Assembly (NCBI GenBank): GCA_049514475.1
Contig: JBEKVA010000001.1
Location: 1 to 40,176 of the forward strand
Direction of reading: 5' to 3'
DNA from: Spirochaetia bacterium
Lineage (GTDB): Bacteria > Spirochaetota > Spirochaetia > SZUA-6 > Fen-1364
DNA length: 40,176 bases
A program made the translations under genes and the position numbers. The notes beneath the pieces were generated by a model. It was not told where the DNA came from, made no database searches, and worked only from the letters and a program-made list of their open reading frames with translations. Of the stretch, positions 1-8,904 are shown piece after piece. How positions within the stretch are numbered: position 1 is the stretch's first letter; the number at the start of each line of letters is the position of its first letter.

Positions 1-666
1 GATCGCCATCATGATGAGGAGTGCGCTCACTGCGAAGCCCAGGCACGTGGTTTCGTACCCGGCAAGAGGATTGTTCGGAAGGAAGAAAAAGAGGTAGCCC
101 GCCCAGGGCACAAGGAGACCAGCCATGAGCAGGATTGACTGCAGGACGTACAGCCGTGCCGCGCGAATGGCTACCCGGACCAGATGGTACGAAGCGAGGA
201 TGCACAGCGCAACGGACCACAGCACTTCCGCGAAGTACCAGGGCCCATGATGCCAGATGACCAGGGTGGAGCTTTCCGTCGGAACGTGGCTGATGCCCGT
301 CCAGATGAGATGGTGATACCCGTTGGTGAGTGCGAGCAGGTACGTCACGACAGGAATCGACCAGATGACAAGCTGGACCCAGCCTGTCAGCCGCCAGCGG
401 GAGTTGGAATACCGGACAGCGAACATCAGGAACAGCGGCGCAACGCTGCAGATCCCGATGTAGGTAAAAGTGGCAAGAATGTAGCGCTGGGAGTCGCTCG
501 CTGCCGTGGTCTCCAGGCCGGAGAAAAAGCACCACAGGGCAACCGCGATGAACATGAATGTAAGGGACTTGCTGCCGGATACACCCCGCCGGCGCCAGAT
601 GACGGCGGCTGCGCTTGCAACAATGAGAGATGCGGCAAAGAGAACCAGGGTGGGAGGTGTGATCAT
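1..666 (-). CDS. Sensor protein, N-terminal 7TM module (5' part of gene; remainder outside window)
   Basis: Minus-strand ORF open to the left window edge; it is absent from the supplied track. ATG at 666-664. Hand translation MITPPTLVLFAASLIVASAAAVIWRRRGVSGSKSLTFMFIAVALWCFFSGLE...LTNGYHHLIWTGISHV... gives consecutive hydrophobic helices with the YHH(L/I)W pattern typical of the 7TM N-terminus of histidine kinases and GGDEF sensors. The output domain is not visible. Confidence 0.75.
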   Translation of the reverse strand, partial: MITPPTLVLFAASLIVASAAAVIWRRRGVSGSKSLTFMFIAVALWCFFSGLETTAASDSQRYILATFTYIGICSVAPLFLMFAVRYSNSRWRLTGWVQLVIWSIPVVTYLLALTNGYHHLIWTGISHVPTESSTLVIWHHGPWYFAEVLWSVALCILASYHLVRVAIRAARLYVLQSILLMAGLLVPWAGYLFFFLPNNPLAGYETTCLGFAVSALLIMMAI

Positions 667-680
667 TTCAGTGCCGTCGC

Positions 681-709
681 ATTATAGCGGTCTGACGGGG
701 GAGCGGCAA
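681..709 (-). promoter_or_regulatory. Candidate sigma70-type promoter of the 7TM sensor gene
   Basis: On the minus strand: TTGCCG (709-704), 17 nt spacer, TATAAT (686-681). The -10 hexamer ends 14 nt upstream of the ATG at 666, implying a very short leader with no obvious Shine-Dalgarno. Confidence 0.4.
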
Positions 710-711
710 TT

Positions 712-778
712 GCGCCCCGCGGGTATGCAGCGCCCCGCGGGTATTGCGCGCCCCGCGGGTATGCAGCGCCCCCTGGTG
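712..778. repeat. 18-bp tandem repeat, 3 good copies plus 1 degenerate, each containing the palindrome CCCGCGGG
   Basis: GCGCCCCGCGGGTAT occurs at 712-726, 730-744 and 748-762, with a degenerate copy GCGCCCCCTGGTG at 766-778. Phasing is exactly 18 bp. The array sits immediately upstream of the -35 element of the sensor-gene promoter. Confidence 0.85.
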
Positions 779-813
779 CCTGCATAGGCCGCCTCAGCCT
801 GCTTCAGTCCGCC

Positions 814-2211
814 TCAGCCCAGGCATCGCTTGAGGATCGCAATTCCCTCGCGGATGCGCGGAGGGCCCAGCATCCCGTAACCGAGGATCAGCGTGTCGGC
901 CCACCGCCCCTTCTTAATGGCATGCTCTTCGACGGGGTACACCTTCAGGCCAGCCTTTTCGATTCCCGCCAGCAGCGGGGCGGTAAACCGCACCCCGCGA
1001 AATCTCGCGCACAGGTGAAGCCCGGCGGGGCTGCCCAGCACCTCGGCCGCCCCGCGAAACTGCCGCTCGAGCGCCTCCACGAGCACGGCGCGCAGCGCGC
1101 GGTGGGCCTTCTTCATGCCGTGCAGGTGGCGCACGTAGTGGCCTTCGGCAATGAAGCGCGCGAGGACAAGCTGCTCCACCGATGAGTTGTGCAGGTCGGT
1201 GAACCACTTGACCTCCCGGCCGCGGTTGACCAGCTCGGGCGGAAAGACGATATAGCCGATGCGCAGGGCGGGACACAGCGTCTTGCTGAATGTGCCGATG
1301 TACACCACCCGCCGCGGGTCCAGACCCTGGATGGAGCTGATGGGAGGAGAGTCGTAGCGGAACTCGCTGTCATAATCGTCCTCAACCACGAATGCCCTAT
1401 GCGCTTGGGCATAGGCAAGAAGCCGCGCCCGCCTCTGGATGGGCATGGTCACCCCAAGGGGGAACTGGTGAGAGGGGGTGACGTAGATGAAGGCAGGCCG
1501 CGCGCGGGGAGGCAGCGAATCCACGTCCATGCCCTGCGCGTCCACGCGGGCAGGAATGATCTTCCCCCCAAAGCCGCCCGCTATGCTCTGGATGTCCGAC
1601 GTGATCGGGTCCTCCAGGATGCACGCGGAGCGGCTGCCGCGCAGGAGCAGCCGGCTCACGATGCCGACCGCCTGGGTGGTTCCCCCCGTGATGAGTATCT
1701 GCTCGGGGTGACAGCGCACCCCGCGGTAGGCGGCGATGTAGCGGGCAATCTCGGCGCGCAGCTCGGGCCTGCCCTCCGGCTGGCCGTAGGAGAGATCCAG
1801 CGGCGTGAGGCTGCCCCACACCTCCCGGCTCAGCCTCTGCCACGTCCTCACGGGAAAGCGGGAAAGGTCGGGCAGGCCCGAGCGGAAGTCGATGAGGTCC
1901 GTGTGGAAGGGCCGAAAGCCGACGGTGCGGATCTCCCTGAGGCTCGGCAGGCTGCGGGGACTGAAGGCGGCGCCCGCGGAGACGAAGGTCCCCGAGCCAG
2001 TGCGCGCCGTGATGAAGCCTTCGGCAACAAGCTGATCGAAGGCCTCAAGGACGATGTTGCGCGACACGTGCAGCTCCGCCGCAAGCTGCCGCGTGGAGGC
2101 CATCCGCGAGCCGGAGGGAAGGGTGCCGTCCAGGATGAGACCGCGCAGGCGGCCGTAGATCTGCCGGGTCATGGGCTCCCGCGAATCACGATCGACGGCG
2201 ATGAAAGACAT
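814..2211 (-). CDS. MocR/GabR-type transcriptional regulator (GntR wHTH fused to a fold-type I aminotransferase-like domain)
   Basis: 465-aa ORF. N-terminus RQIYGRLRGLILDGTLPSGSRMASTRQLAAELHVSRNIVLEAFDQLVAEGFITARTGSGTFV is a GntR-family HTH. It is followed by a roughly 350-aa aminotransferase-like body (…YGQPEGRPELRAEIARY…, …SFSKTLCPALRIGY…). Confidence 0.9.
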   Translation of the reverse strand: MSFIAVDRDSREPMTRQIYGRLRGLILDGTLPSGSRMASTRQLAAELHVSRNIVLEAFDQLVAEGFITARTGSGTFVSAGAAFSPRSLPSLREIRTVGFRPFHTDLIDFRSGLPDLSRFPVRTWQRLSREVWGSLTPLDLSYGQPEGRPELRAEIARYIAAYRGVRCHPEQILITGGTTQAVGIVSRLLLRGSRSACILEDPITSDIQSIAGGFGGKIIPARVDAQGMDVDSLPPRARPAFIYVTPSHQFPLGVTMPIQRRARLLAYAQAHRAFVVEDDYDSEFRYDSPPISSIQGLDPRRVVYIGTFSKTLCPALRIGYIVFPPELVNRGREVKWFTDLHNSSVEQLVLARFIAEGHYVRHLHGMKKAHRALRAVLVEALERQFRGAAEVLGSPAGLHLCARFRGVRFTAPLLAGIEKAGLKVYPVEEHAIKKGRWADTLILGYGMLGPPRIREGIAILKRCLG

Positions 2212-2226
2212 GCGGCCACCCTCCCG

Positions 2227-2274
2227 AAGTGGCTCTATCGATTATTCATGAAAGTGGACCTTCTGTAAACCACT
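2227..2274. promoter_or_regulatory. Candidate MocR operator (spaced AGTGG repeats)
   Basis: AAGTGG at 2227-2232 and 2252-2257 (direct, 25-bp spacing) and the complement CCACT at 2270-2274, all in the 84-bp divergent MocR/EamA intergenic region. MocR regulators such as GabR and PdxR bind spaced repeats. This call is pattern-based only. Confidence 0.2.
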
Positions 2275-2295
2275 CCCCGGCCCTACATTGCCCCG

Positions 2296-3210
2296 ATGAG
2301 TGAAAGCACCCTGGATGCCGCGCCCGCTGCTGCCCGCCGCACGGAGGTCCGCGGCCTGGTGGAAATCGTGCTGGCCATGGCATTTGCCGGCAGCAGCGTC
2401 GTTGTCGGCAAGCTCCTCTCCGTGCGCATTCCGGTATTCCTCTCGGTGGAGCTGAGCCTCATCGCCGCCCTCGCGGCCATCCTTCCGGCGCAGATAGCCC
2501 GCCGCAAGGAGCTGCGGCTCCTGGGAGCAAGAGAACTGGGCTGGATGTTCCTGCAGGCGCTCTTCGGCATCGTCCTTTTCAGGGTGCTCACCCTCTCCGG
2601 CCTGCGCTTCACCTCCGCGGTGAACGCGGGCCTCATCACGAGCGCAGCGCCCGCCGTCATGGCGGTGCTCGCCGCCGCCGTGCTGAAGGAGCGCATCCGG
2701 GCCGCCGGCGCGCTGGGCATCTGCCTCACGGTGGCCGGGCTTCTCCTCATCAACATCTGGGGCGCTTCCGTGCAGCGGGAGCCGGGTTGGCTGCTCGGCA
2801 ACCTCCTGGTATTCGGCGCCACGGCCTGCGAGGCGCTTCTCACGATCTTCCGCAAATCATCAGGGGGGCGCATCGGGTCTGTCACGAACACCACGGTCCT
2901 GGTGGCCATGAGCGCGCTGATGATGCTGCCCTTCGCGCTCCTGGACCTGCGGGGGTTCGCCCTTTCCCGCATCGAGATCGTGGGATGGCTGTCGGTGATC
3001 TATTACGGCGCCGTGGCAACGGTGGTTGCCTATATCCTCTGGGGGCATGGCGCGCTGCTGATCCCCGCCACACGGACCGGCATTGCCACCGCCGCGCTGC
3101 CGGTGAGCGCCCTGGTGCTCTCGGTGATCGTGCTCGGCGAGCCGCTGCGGCTGGTCCACGTCATCGGGTGCGCTGCGGTCATCGCCGGGATCGTGATCGG
3201 CAGGAAGTAA
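2296..3210 (+). CDS. EamA/DMT-superfamily transporter
   Basis: 304-aa ORF, about 10 predicted hydrophobic helices in two halves. Divergent from a MocR regulator, which is a very common pairing. Confidence 0.85.
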   Translation: MSESTLDAAPAAARRTEVRGLVEIVLAMAFAGSSVVVGKLLSVRIPVFLSVELSLIAALAAILPAQIARRKELRLLGARELGWMFLQALFGIVLFRVLTLSGLRFTSAVNAGLITSAAPAVMAVLAAAVLKERIRAAGALGICLTVAGLLLINIWGASVQREPGWLLGNLLVFGATACEALLTIFRKSSGGRIGSVTNTTVLVAMSALMMLPFALLDLRGFALSRIEIVGWLSVIYYGAVATVVAYILWGHGALLIPATRTGIATAALPVSALVLSVIVLGEPLRLVHVIGCAAVIAGIVIGRK

Positions 3211-3270
3211 GGGACCGCTTTGCTCCTCACGTCGGGCATGGGTATCTTTCGAGCTGAGGAGGAGGAGAAC

Positions 3271-3564
3271 ATGATAGTCGTACGGGACATATTCCAGGTG
3301 AAGTTCGGCAGGATGAAAGAGGCAAAGGATGTCTGGAAGGAGATGGCGAAGCTCTTCCCCGCGGAGAGGCGGGGCCGATACAGGCTTCTCACTGACCTGA
3401 CTGGACAATACTACACCCTGGTGATGGAGAACACGCACAAGGACATGGCCGACTGGGAATCCTCCATGTCGCAGATGTCCGACCCCGCCATGGGCGCGCT
3501 GTACCAGAAGTTCACCCCCCTTGTAGACTCGGGTCGGAGGGAGATCTTCACGATAATGGAATAG
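3271..3564 (+). CDS. Small ferredoxin-like (dimeric alpha/beta-barrel, NIPSNAP/ABM-like) protein
   Basis: The internal ATG at 3271 is preceded by GAGGAGGAGGAG. Product MIVVRDIFQVKFGRMKEAKDVWKEMAKLF...REIFTIME is about 97 aa with the beta-alpha-beta pattern of this fold. The upstream extension to 3220 lacks an RBS. Confidence 0.5.
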   Translation: MIVVRDIFQVKFGRMKEAKDVWKEMAKLFPAERRGRYRLLTDLTGQYYTLVMENTHKDMADWESSMSQMSDPAMGALYQKFTPLVDSGRREIFTIME

Positions 3565-3783
3565 CGGTCGGCCTGGACAGGCCAGAAGCCGCACCGATAT
3601 CCCATAGACCTACGTTCTGCCGTTTACCCGCCTTAATCCGCCTTCGGGTCAGCACTTTTCAATTGCCCGGAGGCGGGATATAGTAGAAGATACAGTTACG
3701 GCAACTACGGTTTTTTTTTGCGGTTCACCTCGCGCTTGAGGTGGGCTTGGCGTGCCAATGTTGCCACGAAGTGAGGAACTAAA

Positions 3784-5877
3784 ATGGTTATAAAGCATTC
3801 AAGTTTGCATCGGCCTATCTTTCCCGTGGTCGTGGCAATGCTGGTGCTTGCGGCGGGCGCGGCAAGCGCGCAGGTAACCAGCGATTTCAGCGTGACCGCC
3901 AGTCCCGGCGTGAACATTCCCCTCGGTCCCTCGCTTGCGGACGGGACCGGGTTCTACTCGATCGGCGGGGGCATCTCCATCAAGGCCGAGTACACGCCGT
4001 CATTCGCACCGTTTCTCTATGGCGGGCTCACATTCGACGCTGACCTCATCCCCATCCTAAACTCCACGAAATCCCTGACCCTGCTCTCCGCCGGACCGGT
4101 CCTGGGGGTCCAGTTCTTCCCCTTCCAGCGCTTCGGGATCCGCCTGGCAGGTCTCGGCGGCATGTACGCCGGCATGGTGGAGGCGGGGACCGTCATCAAC
4201 CCGTTTGTCGGGGGGCTCATCGATTTCAGCTATCTCATCAACCCATCGTTCAGCATCGGGCTCGGCGCATCGTACAAGTACGCCTTCACTCCTACGTCAT
4301 CGATTTACCAGGGAATCGGGGTGAGCATCGGGGCGCGGTACAACATCGGCGCCGGGTCAGGGAGCGGGATCATCAGGATCGAGCCTGACGTGGCGCCGAT
4401 CTTCCCCCTCTTCTACTCTTATTACGACAAGAACGCCGCCGGCGTGCTGAAGATCCGCAACACGGGAACCGCCCCGGTGCAGAACGTCCAGGTGAGCTTC
4501 TACGTGAAGCAGTTCATGGACCAGCCGAAGCTGGCGTGGCAGGGCAAGGAGCTGGGCCGCGGGCAGGAAGTATCGGCGTGGGTCTACGCCCTGTTCACCG
4601 ACCGCATCTTCTCCGTGGTCGAGGAAACGAAGGTGGCCGGCGAGATCCAGGTGACCTACCAGTACCTCGGGCAGGACGTCAGCACGAGCTACCCGGTTGC
4701 CGTGATCATCAGGAACCGCAACGCCATGACGTGGGACGACACCAACAAGGCGGCGGCCTTCGTCACCACGAACGATCCGTGGGTGCGCAGCTTCACGGCG
4801 CGCGCCGTGCCGGATGCGCGGAGCAAGGGCAAACAGGCCATCAACGGCACTTTCCGCGCCGCCATGTCCCTGTTCGATGCCATGGCCCTGCACGGGGTTT
4901 CCTATCTTGCGGACCCTGTCACGTTCGCTTCCAAGGTGGCGAAGCAGGACGCCGTGGACTACCTCCAGTTCCCCGCGCAGACGCTGGAAGTGAAGGCAGG
5001 AGACTGCGATGACCTGAGCATCCTCTACACCTCCCTCCTGGAATCCGCGGGCATCGAGACCGCCTTCATCACAATACCGGGCCACATCTACATGGCCTTT
5101 AACGTCGACATGGATCCCCGTCAGGCAGCGGCGATGTTCGGGGGCGACACCGACCTGATTATCCGCGACGGCGAGACGTGGATCCCCGTGGAGATCACCC
5201 GGGTTAAAGACGGTTTCCTCAAGGCCTGGCAGACCGGGGCGCAGGAATGGAGGAACGCTTCAGCGGGCAACAATGAGGCCTTCTACCCCCTGCGCACCGC
5301 CTGGGAGAAGTACGCCCCGGCGAACACAGGTGACATCATCAAGAGCCCGGTCATTCCGCCCGAATCCTCGAAAATCTATGAAGCCTACACCCAGGAGCTG
5401 CAGGGCTTCTTCGCGTCTTGCTACCAGCCGAGGATCAAGGCCCTCACCGAGGGGCTGAAGACCAAGAAGAACGACCTGAAGCTCCTCAACAGTCTCGGCG
5501 TGCTCTACGCGAGGTTCGGGATGTACCCGGAGGCGAGGACGCAGTTCGAGCAGGTGGTGAAGCTCGGGGGGGATGTCCCCACGGCCCTCATCAACATCGG
5601 CAATATCGAGTACCTGGCGGGAAAGAATGACGTGGCTTTCGGCTATTTCCGCCGCGCCCTCTCCAAGGCGCCTTCCAGCTCCGCCGCCCTGCAGGGGGTT
5701 GCTCTCACCGGCTACGAGCTGGGGAAAACCGAAGAGGTAAACGGGGCTCTTACGGCTTTGAAGCAGACCGATCCCGACGCCGCGGAGCGGCTTTCCAACC
5801 TCGCTTCCAACGCCGCCGGCGCCAGCCGCGCCGCATCAAGTGAAAAGGAGATTACGTCATGGACCGACGCAGAATAG
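3784..5877 (+). CDS. Secreted fusion protein: N-terminal OMP-like beta-barrel, transglutaminase-like cysteine-protease core, C-terminal TPR repeats
   Basis: Signal peptide MVIKHSSLHRPIFPVVVAMLVLAAGAASAQV. Residues about 30-190 show alternating Gly/aromatic beta-strand patterns (…GISIKAEYTP…GLTFDADL…GIGVSIGARYNIG). The transglutaminase core is GDCDDLSILYTSLLESAGIETAFITIPGHIYMAF…GETWIPVEIT. The tail carries TPR-like repeats (LNSLGVLYARFGMYPEARTQFEQVVKL…NIGNIEYLAGKNDVAFGYFRRALS). Confidence 0.8.
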   Translation: MVIKHSSLHRPIFPVVVAMLVLAAGAASAQVTSDFSVTASPGVNIPLGPSLADGTGFYSIGGGISIKAEYTPSFAPFLYGGLTFDADLIPILNSTKSLTLLSAGPVLGVQFFPFQRFGIRLAGLGGMYAGMVEAGTVINPFVGGLIDFSYLINPSFSIGLGASYKYAFTPTSSIYQGIGVSIGARYNIGAGSGSGIIRIEPDVAPIFPLFYSYYDKNAAGVLKIRNTGTAPVQNVQVSFYVKQFMDQPKLAWQGKELGRGQEVSAWVYALFTDRIFSVVEETKVAGEIQVTYQYLGQDVSTSYPVAVIIRNRNAMTWDDTNKAAAFVTTNDPWVRSFTARAVPDARSKGKQAINGTFRAAMSLFDAMALHGVSYLADPVTFASKVAKQDAVDYLQFPAQTLEVKAGDCDDLSILYTSLLESAGIETAFITIPGHIYMAFNVDMDPRQAAAMFGGDTDLIIRDGETWIPVEITRVKDGFLKAWQTGAQEWRNASAGNNEAFYPLRTAWEKYAPANTGDIIKSPVIPPESSKIYEAYTQELQGFFASCYQPRIKALTEGLKTKKNDLKLLNSLGVLYARFGMYPEARTQFEQVVKLGGDVPTALINIGNIEYLAGKNDVAFGYFRRALSKAPSSSAALQGVALTGYELGKTEEVNGALTALKQTDPDAAERLSNLASNAAGASRAASSEKEITSWTDAE

Positions 5878-7868
5878 CACGGGGATTCTTCGCAGCAGCG
5901 GGGGCCGCGCTCCTGTGCCTGGCCCTTACAACGTGCTCGAACCCCTTCGACATCGTGAGTGCGGTCACGACGACGGTGAAGATCGCGAACAACAAGTTCC
6001 TGAAGGTAGCCGATTTCTCGCCCACGAAGAATGCGGTCCAGGTGCCACCCTCTTCCCAGATCTGGATCGAGTTCGACAGAGACCTGGATACCAGTACTGT
6101 CAGCACATCAACGATTATTCTCGTCGGGGACACGGATCCAACGCCAGGTTGGACGTGGACATATGCCGATGCCACAAAGACACTCTCTATACGGCCGTCC
6201 GCGCTGAAAGGTCCAGAACACTACACGGTCACCGTGGCACCTGGTCTGAAAGGTGCTGATGGAAGCGATATACAGAACCAGGTGGCATGGGCCTTCGACA
6301 CGAAGGTTGGGCCTGCGGGTGCAATAACGATCAATGCGGATGCATCGTATACGACCTCGACAGCAGTCAACCTGACCGTTACCTGGCAAAATGCGACCTA
6401 TGTGAAGCTCGCCACGACAATTGCCGGCCTGCCAGGCGGAATGCAGGTGAACCTCACAAGTTCGCCACAGACGGTGTCTTTTACCCTTGCCGGAACGCAG
6501 GGCGTGAACACCGTCTACGCCCAGTTCTTCAACACCACGGATAGCACCGATGGCGTCAACCCGCTGAACGACACCATCATTTTTGATAACGTTCCACCTT
6601 CACTTTCCGCCATGACCATCAACTCCGGGGCCGCAAGTACCACCAGCACCTCGGTCACCCTCAACTGGACAGCAAGCGATGCCACCAGCGGAATCACGAA
6701 AATGCGTTTCCAGAACGGCTCTGGCCTGTGGAGCCCGTGGACAGCATACTCTGCCTCCAAGGTGTGGACTCTGGCCAGCACCGTGGGAACGCGGACCGTG
6801 TCAATGCAGCTGCAAGACGCGGCAACAAACACAAGTGGTACAGTGTCTGCCTCGATCATTTACGCCAGTCCAACTCTTGCCGGAGCCAGCCTCAACACGA
6901 CGGCATTGGGCACCGTGACCGTGACGGGTCTGACGACCGCTTCCGCAGACTCAGGAACGGACTATATACGCGTCTATCGGCGTGACTACCCGAGCGGGGG
7001 CACCTATACAATGGTTGGTTCAGCCGTTGCCTCTGGCACGAGCCTCAATGTCTCAGTTCCGCAGGGGCAGCTGTACTATTTCCATACGACAATCTACAAT
7101 TCTGGAGGCACGGAAACACCTTACAGCGCCGCCTGCCCGGTGGGCTTCACCTCAAATATCGCGGTCATCTACAACACCAATTCGACGCTCGCCAACCAGA
7201 TCAAGTCCATCATTGGCACGAACTGGACGGGGACTTACCCCGTCACGGGAACCATGCCGACATGGTCGGTGACACTGATCCCGCAGAGCTTCATCTCCAC
7301 CACGTATGCGGCAGGCAATGTGATATACGGTTGGCCGGTGATCGTCACCCCAGATACGACCATCTACAGCAACGCGAATATGACGCGCAACGTCACGGCA
7401 CATGGGCATGGAGTAATAGCGATGGGAACCGGCGGATGCAGGATGCTCGATACCGTAAGCACCAATTTCTCAAGTTGGGGCTACGGCGGCACCTCACCGA
7501 CTCAGATAGGCTGGGGTCCCAGCGCTACCGGGTTCCCCGCTACCATATATGCGAACACGTGGTTGACAGAGTCAGTTTGGACTTCGCCGCTTTCCTCTAC
7601 ATCAGTGCCCACCACAAACGGGACATCAACCCAGATGGGATACACGGGTGGCGAATTGAGTCGAACCGGAGTTTATCGAAATCCCCAGACAAATCCTACG
7701 GATGGGGCTCTTTACGCACAGGATTCCAGCTCATATCCGTACTATTTCCCCGTTGTCCGCCAGGGTCGATTCCTTCAGTATGGGTTCGAGGGAACTTTTA
7801 ATCGTCCATACACGGGATGGCTGTTCCTCGTCAATCTCACCTATAGGATGGGGGCAACCTACTTCTAA
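5859..7868 (+). CDS. Large surface lipoprotein with SbsA/Big-type Ig-like domains and an uncharacterised C-terminal half
   Basis: Lipobox-like LCLALTTC. The N-terminal Ig-like domain (…VADFSPTKNAVQVPPSSQIWIEFDRDLDTSTV…YTVTVAPGLKGADGS…) is followed by two roughly 95-aa internal repeats (ITINADASYTTSTAVNLTVTW… and MTINSGAASTTSTSVTLNWTASD…). Thr/Ser/Asn-rich. Overlaps the upstream gene by 19 nt. Confidence 0.75.
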   Translation: MDRRRIARGFFAAAGAALLCLALTTCSNPFDIVSAVTTTVKIANNKFLKVADFSPTKNAVQVPPSSQIWIEFDRDLDTSTVSTSTIILVGDTDPTPGWTWTYADATKTLSIRPSALKGPEHYTVTVAPGLKGADGSDIQNQVAWAFDTKVGPAGAITINADASYTTSTAVNLTVTWQNATYVKLATTIAGLPGGMQVNLTSSPQTVSFTLAGTQGVNTVYAQFFNTTDSTDGVNPLNDTIIFDNVPPSLSAMTINSGAASTTSTSVTLNWTASDATSGITKMRFQNGSGLWSPWTAYSASKVWTLASTVGTRTVSMQLQDAATNTSGTVSASIIYASPTLAGASLNTTALGTVTVTGLTTASADSGTDYIRVYRRDYPSGGTYTMVGSAVASGTSLNVSVPQGQLYYFHTTIYNSGGTETPYSAACPVGFTSNIAVIYNTNSTLANQIKSIIGTNWTGTYPVTGTMPTWSVTLIPQSFISTTYAAGNVIYGWPVIVTPDTTIYSNANMTRNVTAHGHGVIAMGTGGCRMLDTVSTNFSSWGYGGTSPTQIGWGPSATGFPATIYANTWLTESVWTSPLSSTSVPTTNGTSTQMGYTGGELSRTGVYRNPQTNPTDGALYAQDSSSYPYYFPVVRQGRFLQYGFEGTFNRPYTGWLFLVNLTYRMGATYF

Positions 7869-7890
7869 GGAGGCGCAATAAGATATTCGA

Positions 7891-7911
7891 GGGGCCGGAA
7901 TCCCCGGCCCC
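7891..7911 (+). terminator. GC-rich hairpin downstream of the lipoprotein gene
   Basis: GGGGCCGG (7891-7898), loop AATCC, CCGGCCCC (7904-7911), starting 23 nt after the stop. No U-tract follows, so intrinsic-terminator function is uncertain. Confidence 0.3.
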
Positions 7912-8029
7912 GCTCGCCCGGCCCCGCAGGGGTTGTGCTCCTCCCGCAAAAGGTATGTCATCTGCGCATGCGTGATGCTCCCGCGCGCGTCGGCCGACCC
8001 CACAGGCCTGACCTCGGCAGGCCCGAGCC

Positions 8030-8809
8030 GTGATCCTCATCCTGAAGCTTCTGCTGACCCCTTTCTTCATCGCCATGGTGTCCTTGGCGGACCGTCGCTG
8101 GGGCCCGCGTGTGAGCGGACTCCTTATCGGTCTCCCCCTCACCTCCGGCCCGATCTCTTTCCTCCTTGCCGTGGAGCATGGACCGAAGTTCGCCGTGTCG
8201 GCGGCCGCGGGGACGTTGTGCGGAGAAGCATCTCTGTGCCTCTTCTGCCTTGCGTATGCATGGTCAGCGCGAAGGTTGAGCTGGCCCCTCTCAAGCCTCA
8301 TCGGCGTGTCGGCCTACGCGGCAGCCACGCTTGCGTGGAGCCGTTTCCCGCTGGGCGTCCTGCCCGCCGCCGGCGTCCTGGCAGCGGTGGTCGTCGCCGT
8401 GCTGATTCTCATGCCACGAGGAACGCACGGCGCCTCAGGGTTGCGACACCCGAAGTGGGACCTGCCGGCCCGCATGGCGGTTGCCGAGGGATTCGTGCTG
8501 CTCATCACGGGACTCGCGCGGTCTCTCGGGCCGCTGCTGAGCGGACTGCTCTCACCCTACCCGGTGTTCGGCAACGTGCTGGCCTCTTTCACCCATCACC
8601 AGCGCGGCGGGGAGGCCGCCGGCAGCATGCTGCGCGGGGTGGTGCTGGGCGGCCTGGGCTTTCTCGGCTTTTTCCTGGTGGTCGGGCTTGCGCTGGTTCA
8701 CATCGGGCTGGGCTGGACGTACCTTCTTGCATCGGCAGCCGCCATCGGCGTTAACGGGCTCTCCCTGGCAGCCAGCCGGATGCGGCAGGTGCCGCGGGAG
8801 TCTGCCTGA
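8030..8809 (+). CDS. Polytopic membrane protein of unknown function
   Basis: 259-aa ORF with a GTG start and about 7-8 hydrophobic segments (MILILKLLLTPFFIAMVSL…). No motif recognised. Confidence 0.55.
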   Translation: MILILKLLLTPFFIAMVSLADRRWGPRVSGLLIGLPLTSGPISFLLAVEHGPKFAVSAAAGTLCGEASLCLFCLAYAWSARRLSWPLSSLIGVSAYAAATLAWSRFPLGVLPAAGVLAAVVVAVLILMPRGTHGASGLRHPKWDLPARMAVAEGFVLLITGLARSLGPLLSGLLSPYPVFGNVLASFTHHQRGGEAAGSMLRGVVLGGLGFLGFFLVVGLALVHIGLGWTYLLASAAAIGVNGLSLAASRMRQVPRESA

Positions 8810-8904
8810 CCCGGCCTGATAGATAAAAATACTCTTCGAACGTGTGCCTCCGCACAGATTCACGGCAGGAATAATGCTTATGTATATCTCTCAGAAGGAG
8901 AGAT

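Noticed and set aside
184-687. 167-aa plus-strand ORF at the left end
   Set aside because: Its translation is Arg/Asp/Pro/Gly-rich and non-protein-like. The opposite strand encodes a convincing 7TM sensor N-terminus in the same interval, so this is an antisense shadow ORF.
712-778. Possible CRISPR array
   Set aside because: Units are 18 bp, contiguous and without spacers, and no cas genes are present. This is a simple tandem repeat.
1189-2268. 359-aa plus-strand ORF
   Set aside because: It lies entirely antisense to the well-supported MocR regulator gene, and its composition (R/G/A/P/H-rich) is typical of a GC-rich shadow frame.
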